A stretch of DNA of 64,000 bases from the NCBI GenBank assembly GCA_036961395.1, contig JBALVP010000001.1, positions 21,666-85,665 of the forward strand. The letters are read 5' to 3'. Position 1 is the first letter of the stretch. Every line of letters begins with the position of its first letter. The notes beneath the pieces were generated by a model, which searched no databases, had not been told where the DNA came from, and saw only the letters and a list, made by a program, of their open reading frames with translations. Below, one piece after another: positions 9,443 to 19,148 of this stretch. The DNA comes from Porticoccus sp. (lineage in GTDB: Bacteria; Pseudomonadota; Gammaproteobacteria; Pseudomonadales; Porticoccaceae). The translations under genes were made by a program, and so were the position numbers.

Positions 9443-9455
9443 TAACTTTATGATA
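9443..9455 (-). promoter_or_regulatory. Putative IHF site between the FleQ box and the sigma54 promoter
   Basis: Minus strand TATCAT-AAAG-TTA versus consensus WATCAR-N4-TTR (one mismatch), in the expected position. Confidence 0.45.
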
Positions 9456-9473
9456 TTTAACAATAAAATTTAT

Positions 9474-9489
9474 TGGTATGATTTTTGCT
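9474..9489 (+). promoter_or_regulatory. Sigma54 promoter of the fliL-to-motD operon
   Basis: TGGTAT-GATTT-TTGCT with GG-N10-GC spacing. Confidence 0.8.
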
Positions 9490-9568
9490 CACTGATAAAG
9501 CAAGGAACAGGCGCTTTGGCGTTTCTGGTGAGAACGTTATAGACCAATAGTTTATCAATGGAGTAACT

Positions 9569-10114
9569 ATGGCAGACGTAGATAATGAATTGAATCTTGG
9601 TCAGGGCGGCAAACAGTCCAAACAAGCCAAAGAGAAGGAAAGTGGTGGAATGAAAAAAATTATTATGATTGTTGTAGCTTTATTGCTGGTAGGTGGTGGT
9701 GCTGCTGCCTTTTTCTTGATGGGTGGAGAGAGTGATCAGCCAGCCGCCGAAGATGGAGCAGAAATTGCCAATACTAAACAGTCTGAGGAGCCTGATGAAG
9801 CCCCTATTTATCTAGCCCTTGACCCCGCATTTGTGGTGAATTTTGAGCACAACGGTAGTATTCGCTACCTTCAGCTAAGTCTTCAGATTATGTCTTATGA
9901 GCAGGCGGCTATTGATAAGGTTTTCACCAATATGCCCGCTGTTCGCAATAGCCTGATCATGCTCTTTAGTGGTCAGGACTATGATTATCTCAATACTGTT
10001 GAGGGCAAAGAAAATCTACGAAAAGAGGTTTTGACTTCAATTCATCAGGTGGTGCGTTTAAAAAATAATCTCAAGGTGAATGATGTGTTTTTTACCGGAT
10101 TTGTGATGCAGTAA
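9569..10114 (+). CDS. fliL: Basal body-associated protein FliL
   Basis: Single N-terminal TM, FVVN, RYLQ, VFFTGFVMQ C-terminus. Confidence 0.95.
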   Translation: MADVDNELNLGQGGKQSKQAKEKESGGMKKIIMIVVALLLVGGGAAAFFLMGGESDQPAAEDGAEIANTKQSEEPDEAPIYLALDPAFVVNFEHNGSIRYLQLSLQIMSYEQAAIDKVFTNMPAVRNSLIMLFSGQDYDYLNTVEGKENLRKEVLTSIHQVVRLKNNLKVNDVFFTGFVMQ

Positions 10115-10119
10115 CTGCC

Positions 10120-11106
10120 ATGGCGACTAAAGAAGTTTTGTCAGAAGGTGAACTTGATGCGCTGATGGATAGTGTGTCCACCGGTGATGTGCCACTTGAG
10201 CAGACAGCAGAAGGGCAATCTTGTCAGCTATTTGATTTCAACACCCGGGAGCAGGCTCTTCTGGCACAAATGCCGGCGTTAAAAACTATTAATGAGAAAC
10301 ATTCTCTGTCATTGGTGCAGGCAATTCAGGATATTTTTAAAGTTCCAGTAGCGGTTGTGGTGGGTGACACCCGATTGGTGAAGTTGGATGAGGCTATTGT
10401 GTCTATTTCTGAACCATCCGGTATTAACCTGACAAAAGTTAAGCCCTTAAATGGTGTTTCTTTTGTTGTTTTCCCGGGAGAATTTCTTTCATTTTTTGTG
10501 GATCAGTATTTTGGTGGTAGCCCAAGCAGTTCAAACTTCAAGTCCTCTCGCGTAGACCTGACACCTACAGAAAGACGAATTAATGATTTGCTAACAGAGA
10601 AGTTTTTGACAACTCTGGAACTGGCTTGGAGTGAGAAGATTGAACTAAAAGCCGAGACAGTTTCTTTTGAGACTAACCCGGATTTTCTGCAGGTGGCTTC
10701 ACCGGAAGAGCTGGCATTACAGTTTTCCTTTGTCGTGAAAGTCTTCGAGTGGGAAGGAATGGTCCATTGGATTGTACCTTACTCAGCCATAGAACCGATT
10801 AAGCCGCGTTTAGGCAGTCCTGCATCGAGTATGAAACCAGAGCAGGGTGGTAACTGGGAGGGCTATTTTCGGCAAGAGCTGCTATCAGTTGATTTAGGTG
10901 TTAGCGGATTATTTGCCTCGAGAAACGTCAGTCTTGCTGAGGTTTTGGGCCTCAGGGAGGGCGCAATCGTACCGCTTCACATACCCACAGAAGTGACAGT
11001 TTGCATTGAAGGGCACCCTTTTTGTGTTGGAGAGCACGGCGCTTTGAATGGAAAAAAATCAATAAAAATCAAAGAGATACTAAAAGATAAAGCTGGTTCG
11101 CTATAA
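10120..11106 (+). CDS. fliM: Motor switch protein FliM (divergent)
   Basis: LSEGELDAL N-terminus, FGG, TPTERR, PYSAIEPI, C-terminal SpoA domain; between fliL and fliN. Confidence 0.9.
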   Translation: MATKEVLSEGELDALMDSVSTGDVPLEQTAEGQSCQLFDFNTREQALLAQMPALKTINEKHSLSLVQAIQDIFKVPVAVVVGDTRLVKLDEAIVSISEPSGINLTKVKPLNGVSFVVFPGEFLSFFVDQYFGGSPSSSNFKSSRVDLTPTERRINDLLTEKFLTTLELAWSEKIELKAETVSFETNPDFLQVASPEELALQFSFVVKVFEWEGMVHWIVPYSAIEPIKPRLGSPASSMKPEQGGNWEGYFRQELLSVDLGVSGLFASRNVSLAEVLGLREGAIVPLHIPTEVTVCIEGHPFCVGEHGALNGKKSIKIKEILKDKAGSL

Positions 11107-11124
11107 TATTTTTGGAGATTGGCG

Positions 11125-11517
11125 ATGAATGAAAAAATAGAAGATGCCGTTGACTTGGTCCGGGACGAAGTGCCGGAGGCTACGGTAGAACAGGCTGTAC
11201 CCCTTCCTGAGTTACAGCCCGATCCGTCACCGGTTAGCACTACTGCTGTTGGTGCAGAGATAAATCTCGATGCCTTAATGGATGTACAGGTGACCTTATC
11301 TGTAGAAATTGGACGAAGCAAATTACCCATTAAACAATTGATTAGCCTGAACCAGGGGTCTGTTGTTGAGTTGGAGCGCGGGGTGAACGAACCGCTTGAT
11401 TTGATGGTGAATGGTACGCTGATTGCCCGAGGTGAAGTAGTGGTTGTCGACGGTCAATTCGGATTGCGACTGATTGATATTGTCAGCCCATCAGAACGTT
11501 TGCAGAAGCTAAAGTGA
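11125..11517 (+). CDS. fliN: Motor switch protein FliN
   Basis: SVEIGR, QGSVVEL, EPLD, GEVVVV, SPSERL. Confidence 0.95.
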   Translation: MNEKIEDAVDLVRDEVPEATVEQAVPLPELQPDPSPVSTTAVGAEINLDALMDVQVTLSVEIGRSKLPIKQLISLNQGSVVELERGVNEPLDLMVNGTLIARGEVVVVDGQFGLRLIDIVSPSERLQKLK

Positions 11518-11984
11518 TGCCTCGATATTCCCGGTTTTATGGCTGTAAATTACGGGCTTGGTTGTTGCCTTCGCTTTTATTGCTATTGAATGTAGTTTCG
11601 TCCGATGCTCTGGCTGCTGGAGATGGGAATGGCTCTGCACTGGATATTTTTGATACAGCATATTTGTTTCAGGTTTTTGGTTCTCTGTTACTGGTTTTTG
11701 GTTGTATTTTTGGACTTATTTTTTTGTTGAAAAAGCTGAATGGGTTGCCTTCAGGTGACCGCTCGCCCATTCAGGTTTTGGGTTCTGCCAGAGTAGGTAC
11801 CCGTGAAAAAATTGTACTGATTGAAGCCGGAGAACAGCAGCTTCTTATTGGCGTAGCCACGGGAAATATTCGTACCCTTCATATCTTTGACAGCCCGATT
11901 ATTGATACCAAAGTAACACTGCCTAAAAAAACTGACTTTTCCGCATTGATGCGTTCATCATTCGGTTCGGCTAAAACATTGTGA
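11514..11984 (+). CDS. fliO: Flagellar biosynthesis protein FliO
   Basis: TM segment then VGTREKIVLIE and LLIGV; between fliN and fliP. Confidence 0.88.
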   Translation: MMPRYSRFYGCKLRAWLLPSLLLLLNVVSSDALAAGDGNGSALDIFDTAYLFQVFGSLLLVFGCIFGLIFLLKKLNGLPSGDRSPIQVLGSARVGTREKIVLIEAGEQQLLIGVATGNIRTLHIFDSPIIDTKVTLPKKTDFSALMRSSFGSAKTL

Positions 11985-12724
11985 GCATCCTGAAAGTTGT
12001 ACTGGTTATTATCCTTGGGTTATTCCCGTTAATAGCCGGGGCCGACGCTACCATTCCAATATTGTCAGTAGCGCCAGCGAGTGATGGTGGTAGTACATAC
12101 TCGGTCAGTATCCAGATTCTGATGCTGATGACGCTGTTGAGCTTGTTGCCAGCAGCGCTCATCACCATGACCTCATTTACACGGGTATTGGTTGTGTTGG
12201 CTATTTTGCGGCAAGCAATGGGTACGGCACAAACTCCGTCAAACCAGATCATTCTTGGGCTGGCGTTGTTTTTAAGCCTGTTTATTATGTCGCCAGTGTT
12301 AGAGCAGGCCTATGACACAGGCCTTAAGCCCTATATGGATGAAACCATTGGGTTTGAGGAGGCTCTGACCAATGCAAAAACCCCTTTTCGGGAATTCATG
12401 CTGAACCAAACTCGCGAATCCGACTTAATCATGTTTTCCGAGCTCGGTGGTTATGATGGTTTTCAGACTGACGATGATATTCCCATGAAAGTATTGTTGC
12501 CATCCTTTCTTACCAGTGAGCTGAAGACAGCATTTCAAATAGGTTTTCTCATTTTTATTCCATTTTTGGTCATCGATTTGGTGGTGGCGAGTGTGTTGAT
12601 GTCCATGGGTATGATGATGCTCTCCCCCATGCTTATCTCGTTACCGTTCAAAATCATGTTATTCGTATTGATTGATGGTTGGTCATTAATTGTGGGCACG
12701 TTAGCTGCCAGTTTTGTGACCTGA
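11981..12724 (+). CDS. fliP: Export gate protein FliP
   Basis: MTSFTR, SELKTAFQIGF, MGMMMLSP. Confidence 0.97.
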   Translation: MSILKVVLVIILGLFPLIAGADATIPILSVAPASDGGSTYSVSIQILMLMTLLSLLPAALITMTSFTRVLVVLAILRQAMGTAQTPSNQIILGLALFLSLFIMSPVLEQAYDTGLKPYMDETIGFEEALTNAKTPFREFMLNQTRESDLIMFSELGGYDGFQTDDDIPMKVLLPSFLTSELKTAFQIGFLIFIPFLVIDLVVASVLMSMGMMMLSPMLISLPFKIMLFVLIDGWSLIVGTLAASFVT

Positions 12725-12741
12725 CGTAGAAGGGGAAGACT

Positions 12742-13011
12742 GTGACACCAGAAGCGGTATTGGATATCGGTCGAGAGGCGCTGTATCTAACAATGATGTT
12801 GGCGGCGCCACTCTTGTTGTCAGCCCTGGTCGTAGGATTGTTAATTGGAGTTTTTCAGGCAGCTACTCAAATTCAGGAAATGACCCTGAGCTTTATTCCA
12901 AAATTAATTGTTCTGGTTTTTGCACTGTTGATTGCCGGGCCGTGGATGCTGCGACTTCTGACAGAGTTTACCTTGCGGCTGTATGACAATATTCCGGGTA
13001 TGCTGGGTTAA
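12742..13011 (+). CDS. fliQ: Export gate protein FliQ
   Basis: FQAATQIQEMTLSFIPK. Confidence 0.97.
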   Translation: MTPEAVLDIGREALYLTMMLAAPLLLSALVVGLLIGVFQAATQIQEMTLSFIPKLIVLVFALLIAGPWMLRLLTEFTLRLYDNIPGMLG

Positions 13012-13016
13012 TTACC

Positions 13017-13787
13017 GTGATATTTTCCGCTGATCAGCTGGTTGCCTGGACCCAGAGCTACTACTGGCCATTTCTGCGCATCTCTGCACTCTTACTGGCT
13101 GCTCCAGTGTTCAGTGCATCATCATTTCCAGTGCGTGGCCGAATTTTACTGGCAGTACTGATTACGGCATTAATTGTACCGTCCTTGCCCGACTTACCCG
13201 ATGTAGAGTTTTTAGGGCCGGCGGGGTTATTGATGGCTGGTCAGCAGGTGGTGATCGGGCTGTCCATGGGGTTCATTGTGCAGTTGGTGTTTGGGGCTGT
13301 CGTTATTGCAGGGCAATCTTTGGCGATGACTATGGGGCTGGGGTTCGCCATGGCAGTGGATCCGCAAAATGGTGTTCAGGTACCGGTACTTAGCCAACTG
13401 TACGTGATTCTGGCTACGCTGATATTTTTGGCGATAGATGGCCATTTGATGTTGATACAGTTTTTGGCAGATAGTTTCACATTGTTGCCCATTGGTTTGT
13501 CAGGTTGGCGTAATGATTTTGCCATCAACGTCGTATTGTGGGGTAGCCAGATGTTTTTGAGTGCGTTACTGCTTGCCTTGCCAGCCCTGACAGCCGTATT
13601 GCTGATCAATGTAGCTTTTGGGGTTATTACTCGAGCAGCACCGCAATTGAATATTTTTGCCGTGGGTTTTCCTGTCACTATTATGGCCGGATTTATATTT
13701 ATTACCCTGTCTATGCCCTCTGTTTTTTCGAGGCTTATTAGCTTCTTTGATGCTGGCTTGGCTCAGACCTTACAGGTGTTCCGCTAG
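13017..13787 (+). CDS. fliR: Export gate protein FliR
   Basis: Hydrophobic; MGLGFA-DP, DGHL, RAAPQLNIFAVGFP. Confidence 0.97.
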   Translation: MIFSADQLVAWTQSYYWPFLRISALLLAAPVFSASSFPVRGRILLAVLITALIVPSLPDLPDVEFLGPAGLLMAGQQVVIGLSMGFIVQLVFGAVVIAGQSLAMTMGLGFAMAVDPQNGVQVPVLSQLYVILATLIFLAIDGHLMLIQFLADSFTLLPIGLSGWRNDFAINVVLWGSQMFLSALLLALPALTAVLLINVAFGVITRAAPQLNIFAVGFPVTIMAGFIFITLSMPSVFSRLISFFDAGLAQTLQVFR

Positions 13788-13800
13788 GGGTATGTAGACT

Positions 13801-14958
13801 ATGGCTGATAATCAGGACACAAATGAACGTACAGAACAGCCGACGGAACGGCGCAAGCAGGAGTCGCGAAAGAAGGGGCAGGTTCCCCGATCTCGTGAAC
13901 TCAATACTATGTTATCGCTGCTGTTCGGCTCGTTGGGTCTGGTCACACTGGGTGGTACGATCTCTACAGATTTTGCTGCTTTATTTGAAACAGCATTTAG
14001 TTTTAGCCGAGAAGTAGCCTACGACAAGGATATGATTCCGGTGCGGTTTGTGGGTATGGTATTGTCGGCATTACTCATTCTCACACCTTTTTTTGCGGTG
14101 ATGGTAGTCGGTGCATTTGTCGGACCTCTGGTGATGGGTGGCTGGTCATTTAGCCCTTCCGCGATGGCCTTCAAGTTAGAAAAGCTAAGCCCATTAAAGG
14201 GCATTAAACGGGTGGTTTCGGCAAAGGGTTTGCTGGAATTATTCAAGGCGTTATTCAAATTTTCTATCCTGATTTCTACCACCATTGTGTTGTTCAATCT
14301 TAATCTGGAAAAAATTCTTAACCTGGGAAATTTGGCACCGAAAGAAGCATTTTCAGAGGCGACCAGTCTGTTGCTGTGGAGTCTGGTGGCACTGAGTTTT
14401 ACGATGATTTTTATTGTCATTTTTGATGTGCCATTTGAGCTGTGGAATCACACCCGGCAATTAAAAATGACTCTTAAGGAAGTTAAGGATGAGATGAAGG
14501 AGACCGATGGGCGGCCAGAAGTTAAGGGTCGTATTCGGGCACTTCAGCGTGAAGCATCTCAACGCAGGATGATGGATGCCGTCCCCACGGCCGATGTCAT
14601 TATTACCAACCCCACGCATTTTTCTGTGGCAATGAAGTATACGGAAACCCCAGGAGCTGCTCCGATTGTTGTTGCCAAGGGGCGTGATTTGGTGGCTTTC
14701 AAAATTCGTAGTTTGGCCATTGAAAATGGGGTGGCCATCTTCTCCGCTCCACCATTGGCGCGAGCACTTTACGCCTCCACAGAGATTGGTGGTGAAATTC
14801 CGCAGAATCTCTATTTGGCGGTGGCCAAAGTGTTGGCGTATATCTATCAACTTAATATGACTGGGGGGGGTGAAAATATAACCCCGCCCAATGATTTTGT
14901 TATTCCCGATGAATATCAGGATCTATTTGGTGACCAAGGAATAAATGGCGATGAATGA
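13801..14958 (+). CDS. flhB: Export switch protein FlhB
   Basis: RTEQPT N-terminus, NPTH autocleavage site, VVAKG, PPLARAL. Confidence 0.97.
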   Translation: MADNQDTNERTEQPTERRKQESRKKGQVPRSRELNTMLSLLFGSLGLVTLGGTISTDFAALFETAFSFSREVAYDKDMIPVRFVGMVLSALLILTPFFAVMVVGAFVGPLVMGGWSFSPSAMAFKLEKLSPLKGIKRVVSAKGLLELFKALFKFSILISTTIVLFNLNLEKILNLGNLAPKEAFSEATSLLLWSLVALSFTMIFIVIFDVPFELWNHTRQLKMTLKEVKDEMKETDGRPEVKGRIRALQREASQRRMMDAVPTADVIITNPTHFSVAMKYTETPGAAPIVVAKGRDLVAFKIRSLAIENGVAIFSAPPLARALYASTEIGGEIPQNLYLAVAKVLAYIYQLNMTGGGENITPPNDFVIPDEYQDLFGDQGINGDE

Positions 14959-17044
14959 ATCCACGAGTAACACCGGTGCGCTAAGCGGCCTCAGTATTTC
15001 TGCGCTGTCAGGCCTAGGAACACCAATATTGTTATTCATGATGTTGGTGATGATGGTGCTGCCGTTGCCGCCAATTATGTTGGACCTCTTTTTCACGTTT
15101 AATATCGCCTTGGCGATGATTGTATTGCTGGTATCGATCTACGCTAATCGCCCGCTGGACTTTGCAGTATTTCCAACCGTACTACTGATTACCACCTTGT
15201 TGCGGTTGGCCCTCAACGTGGCTTCTACTCGAGTGGTGCTTTTGGAAGGCCACGGAGGCACCGATGCTGCGGGTCGAGTTATTCAGGCGTTTGGAGAGTT
15301 TGTTGTCGGTGGTAGTTATACCGTGGGTTTTGTGGTTTTTGCCATCTTGGTGATTATTAATTTTGTGGTGGTGACCAAAGGTGCTGGGCGAATTTCAGAA
15401 GTGACGGCCCGGTTTACTCTCGATGCCATGCCCGGTAAACAGATGGCCATTGATGCCGATCTTAATGCCGGACTGATTAGTCAAGATGAAGCGCTGACAC
15501 GGCGGGATGATGTGTCCAGAGAAGCCGATTTTTACGGTTCCATGGATGGTGCGAGTAAGTTTGTTCGCGGCGATGCTGTCGCCGGTATTTTAATCCTGTT
15601 TATCAATATCATCGGTGGGTTTTCGGTAGGCGTACTACAACATGACCTCAGTGCAAGCCAAGCCGCCCACAATTATGTATTGCTGACCATCGGTGATGGG
15701 TTGGTGGCACAGCTTCCATCACTACTGTTATCCACTGCCGCTGCCATTATTGTTACTCGAGTATCCGGCTCCCAGGACATGGGTAAGGAGGTTGTGACAC
15801 AGTTATTCAACAACCCAAAAGTGTTGTTTGTGACCGGTTCATTAATAGGCATTATGGGGCTGGTTCCGGGGATGCCAAACTTGGTATTTCTTTCCTTGGC
15901 TTCAATCTTGGGTGGGCTGGGTTATTTACAGTTACAGCAACAGAAGGTAGAGCTGATTCCGGCAGAGCCGGAGCCTGTGGAAAAACCAGCAGAAAGCCGA
16001 GACTTGAGTTGGGATGATGTGACATCTGTGGATGAAATCGGTTTAGAGGTTGGCTACCGGTTGATCTCATTGGTGGATAAAAATCAGGGAGGCGAGTTGC
16101 TGGCACGAATAAAAGGGGTGAGGAAAAAGCTCTCCCAAGAACTGGGCTTCCTGATCCATTCAGTCCATATTCGTGACAACCTTGACCTGTCTCCTAACGA
16201 ATATCGGCTTAGTTTTCATGATGTGATTGTCGGCCAAGGTGAGGTTTACCCCGGTAAAGAATTAGCGATTAATCCCGGTCAAGTTTATGGTGAGCTGGAC
16301 GGTGTTGTAACTAAAGATCCCACGTTTGGTCTCGATGCTGTTTGGATTGATCCTTCACTGAGGGACGATGCTCAGGCAATGGGCTTTACGGTTGTTGATA
16401 GCGGCACAGTGATTGCTACCCACCTTAGTCAGTTACTGAAAAACCATGGCCATGAGCTGATCGGTCAGGATGGTGTTCAGCAGCTATTGGATAAACTGGC
16501 TAAGACCTCACCGAAGCTTGTGGAGAATTTGGTGCCCAAATTATTGGGATTGGGTGAAGTTACCAAGGTGATGCAAAACCTTCTTGAGGAAGGCGTTCCC
16601 ATTCGTGATGTGAGAACAATCGCCGAAGCATTGGCGGATCATGGTGGTAAGAGTCAGGATACTGACACTTTAACCAGCCAGGTGAGGGTCGCACTAGGTC
16701 GGACTATATTCCAGACAGTCAATGGTGTTGGGAACGAGATGTCTGTGATGGTTCTGGATTCTCAATTGGAACAGATATTGCAGGGTGCTATGCAAGGCAC
16801 CATGGGTGGTTTGGAGCCTTCGCTGATGGAAAATGTGATCAATCAGGTTATGGAGGCATCAGGAAGAATGGAGGCCGAAGGTAACAACCCCGTATTACTA
16901 GTGGCCAGTAATATTCGGTTATTTTTGTCGAGGTTGTTAAGAGGGCGGATGGGGAATTTTTATATTCTGGGTTATGAAGAAATTCCGGCGAGTAAAAATA
17001 TCAAAATGGTGTCAACCATTGGCAGCGGACAAGCAAGATTGTGA
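14945..17044 (+). CDS. flhA: Export apparatus protein FlhA
   Basis: RFTLDAMPGKQMAIDADL, FYGSMDGASKFV. Confidence 0.98.
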   Translation: MAMNESTSNTGALSGLSISALSGLGTPILLFMMLVMMVLPLPPIMLDLFFTFNIALAMIVLLVSIYANRPLDFAVFPTVLLITTLLRLALNVASTRVVLLEGHGGTDAAGRVIQAFGEFVVGGSYTVGFVVFAILVIINFVVVTKGAGRISEVTARFTLDAMPGKQMAIDADLNAGLISQDEALTRRDDVSREADFYGSMDGASKFVRGDAVAGILILFINIIGGFSVGVLQHDLSASQAAHNYVLLTIGDGLVAQLPSLLLSTAAAIIVTRVSGSQDMGKEVVTQLFNNPKVLFVTGSLIGIMGLVPGMPNLVFLSLASILGGLGYLQLQQQKVELIPAEPEPVEKPAESRDLSWDDVTSVDEIGLEVGYRLISLVDKNQGGELLARIKGVRKKLSQELGFLIHSVHIRDNLDLSPNEYRLSFHDVIVGQGEVYPGKELAINPGQVYGELDGVVTKDPTFGLDAVWIDPSLRDDAQAMGFTVVDSGTVIATHLSQLLKNHGHELIGQDGVQQLLDKLAKTSPKLVENLVPKLLGLGEVTKVMQNLLEEGVPIRDVRTIAEALADHGGKSQDTDTLTSQVRVALGRTIFQTVNGVGNEMSVMVLDSQLEQILQGAMQGTMGGLEPSLMENVINQVMEASGRMEAEGNNPVLLVASNIRLFLSRLLRGRMGNFYILGYEEIPASKNIKMVSTIGSGQARL

Positions 17045-17119
17045 TAAGTATAAAAAATAATCGATACGAATGAAGTCATCACAACAGAACAGACACAATA
17101 TCAGCAGTAAGGTGGTCTA

Positions 17120-18277
17120 ATGAAAATCAAACGTTTTCTTGATAAAGATAGTCGTAGTGCTATGGCTCAGGTCAGGGCAGAAATGGGTGGCGATGCCGTC
17201 ATTTTGTCTAACAAAAACATCAATGGGCAGGTTGAGCTTGTGGCAGCGATGGATTTTGATGAAGCGGCAATAGGTGATAACTATACGATTGCTAACGCCG
17301 ATCAGCCTGTTTCAGTACCACCGAATACTGACAGTCCCACTTTGGTTGATTTACAGCGCGAGTTGGGTAATTTGCGAGGGCTGTTAGAGGGTGAGCTGGC
17401 ACAGTTGTCGTGGAAGGATATGGCGGACCGCCCATCAGTAAAAGCGGCACTTTATAACCGCCTGGCAAAACTAGGTTTATCGCGTTCTCTCTGTGGTGCC
17501 ATCGCTGACAAGATCCCCGCCAAGGGTGATCTGGAGGGTAACTGGAAAAAGGCTTTGAGCATGCTGGCTCGGCGGATTCCGGTGATGGGAGACAGCCTAC
17601 TCAATGAGGGCGGTATTGTTGCGCTGGTAGGTTCAACAGGTGTGGGAAAAACAACCACCATCGCTAAACTGGCCGCCCGTTTCGTGATGCGCCACGGCGC
17701 TAAGCAGGTGGCACTAATTACGACAGATTGTTATCGGATTGGTGGTCAGGAGCAGTTGGAAACATTTGCGAACTACCTGGGTATCCCAATGGTGGTGGCA
17801 ACCGATGGCCAACAACTCAAAGCAGCATTGGATCAGTTGTCTTCCCGAAAGTTGGTGTTGATTGATACTGCAGGTATGAGTCAGCGTGATATACGGCTCT
17901 ACGAGCAGTTCACGACACTTAAGTCGGTAGGATATGACATTGATACCTATGTGGTGTTATCAGCAACGGCTCAACAAGGTTCGATTAATGAGGTCGTACA
18001 GGTGTTTGGCAAACAAGCCTTGGCTGGAGCAATGATTACTAAAGTAGATGAGTCCTCGAGTCTGGGTTGTATTCTGGATGTGGTCGTCAAAAATAGTTTG
18101 AAGTTGGGTTATGTCAGCACTGGGCAGAAGGTGCCAGAAGATATTATTCCGGCACGTGCCGAATACTTAATTTCCAAAGCAATTGAATTGATGGAAATGG
18201 AGGCTCAGGCTACATCTAATAAGATGGCTTCGGCTAAAAATAAACATAACCACACAACCCATTCAGTCGCGGTATAA
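17120..18277 (+). CDS. flhF: SRP-family GTPase FlhF
   Basis: MKIKRF start, GSTGVGKTTT, DTAG, TKVDE, GQKVPED. Confidence 0.96.
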   Translation: MKIKRFLDKDSRSAMAQVRAEMGGDAVILSNKNINGQVELVAAMDFDEAAIGDNYTIANADQPVSVPPNTDSPTLVDLQRELGNLRGLLEGELAQLSWKDMADRPSVKAALYNRLAKLGLSRSLCGAIADKIPAKGDLEGNWKKALSMLARRIPVMGDSLLNEGGIVALVGSTGVGKTTTIAKLAARFVMRHGAKQVALITTDCYRIGGQEQLETFANYLGIPMVVATDGQQLKAALDQLSSRKLVLIDTAGMSQRDIRLYEQFTTLKSVGYDIDTYVVLSATAQQGSINEVVQVFGKQALAGAMITKVDESSSLGCILDVVVKNSLKLGYVSTGQKVPEDIIPARAEYLISKAIELMEMEAQATSNKMASAKNKHNHTTHSVAV

Positions 18278-18284
18278 CGTTTAA

Positions 18285-19148
18285 ATGATGAATCAAGCAC
18301 AAGGACTCGAACAGATGACCGCCACTTCTGCCGTCAACGTCATTGCAGTGACCAGCGGTAAGGGTGGTGTGGGTAAAACTAATGTGTCCGTCAACCTGGC
18401 TGTCAGCCTGGCAAGCCAGGGTCGTTCCGTGGTGTTGTTTGATGCTGACCTGGGACTGGCTAATGTAGATATTGCCTTGGGGTTAAAGCCAAAATATGAC
18501 ATCCGACACGTTATTTCAGGTGAGCGGACATTAGAAGAAATTCTGATGGAAGGCCCCGGTGGGGTTCGTATAGTGCCCGCATCCTCGGGTGTATCAAGTT
18601 TGACTAGCCTGTCATCCCAGCAACAAGCGGGATTGATTAGAGCCTTTAGTGAGCTGAGTTTCCCTGTGGATACTTTGATCGTTGACACTGGTGCTGGAAT
18701 TGATACCAGTGTGTTGACCTTTGCCAGTGCTTGTCAGGAAATCATGGTGGTGATTTGTGATGAGCCGACCTCTATCACGGATGCTTACGCCCTGATCAAA
18801 GTGTTGAATAGAGAGTGCGGCGTTAAACGATTCCAAGTGCTCGCTAACATGGTTGATAGCGATGCACAGGGGCGGCAGTTATACGAGAAAGTTAGTCGAG
18901 TGGCTGACCGCTTTCTAGATATCTATTTGGGTTATGTGGGGGCTATTCCAAGGGATGATTATCTACGTAAGGCAGTGCAACAGCAAAATGCAGTAGTGTT
19001 GCTTTATCCAAGTAGCCGGTCGGCAAAGGCACTGTCCAAATTAGCCGAAACAGTTGACGCTAGTTTTCGTCCAGAGGGTAGTCCCGGTGGGCTAGGATTT
19101 TTTGTTGAGCGGCTGATCCATTTCGGCAGTTTAGGGATTGAAGCCTGA
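18285..19148 (+). CDS. fleN: MinD-like flagellar number regulator FleN/FlhG
   Basis: SGKGGVGKTN, DADLGLAN, EPTSITDAYALIK. Confidence 0.95.
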   Translation: MMNQAQGLEQMTATSAVNVIAVTSGKGGVGKTNVSVNLAVSLASQGRSVVLFDADLGLANVDIALGLKPKYDIRHVISGERTLEEILMEGPGGVRIVPASSGVSSLTSLSSQQQAGLIRAFSELSFPVDTLIVDTGAGIDTSVLTFASACQEIMVVICDEPTSITDAYALIKVLNRECGVKRFQVLANMVDSDAQGRQLYEKVSRVADRFLDIYLGYVGAIPRDDYLRKAVQQQNAVVLLYPSSRSAKALSKLAETVDASFRPEGSPGGLGFFVERLIHFGSLGIEA

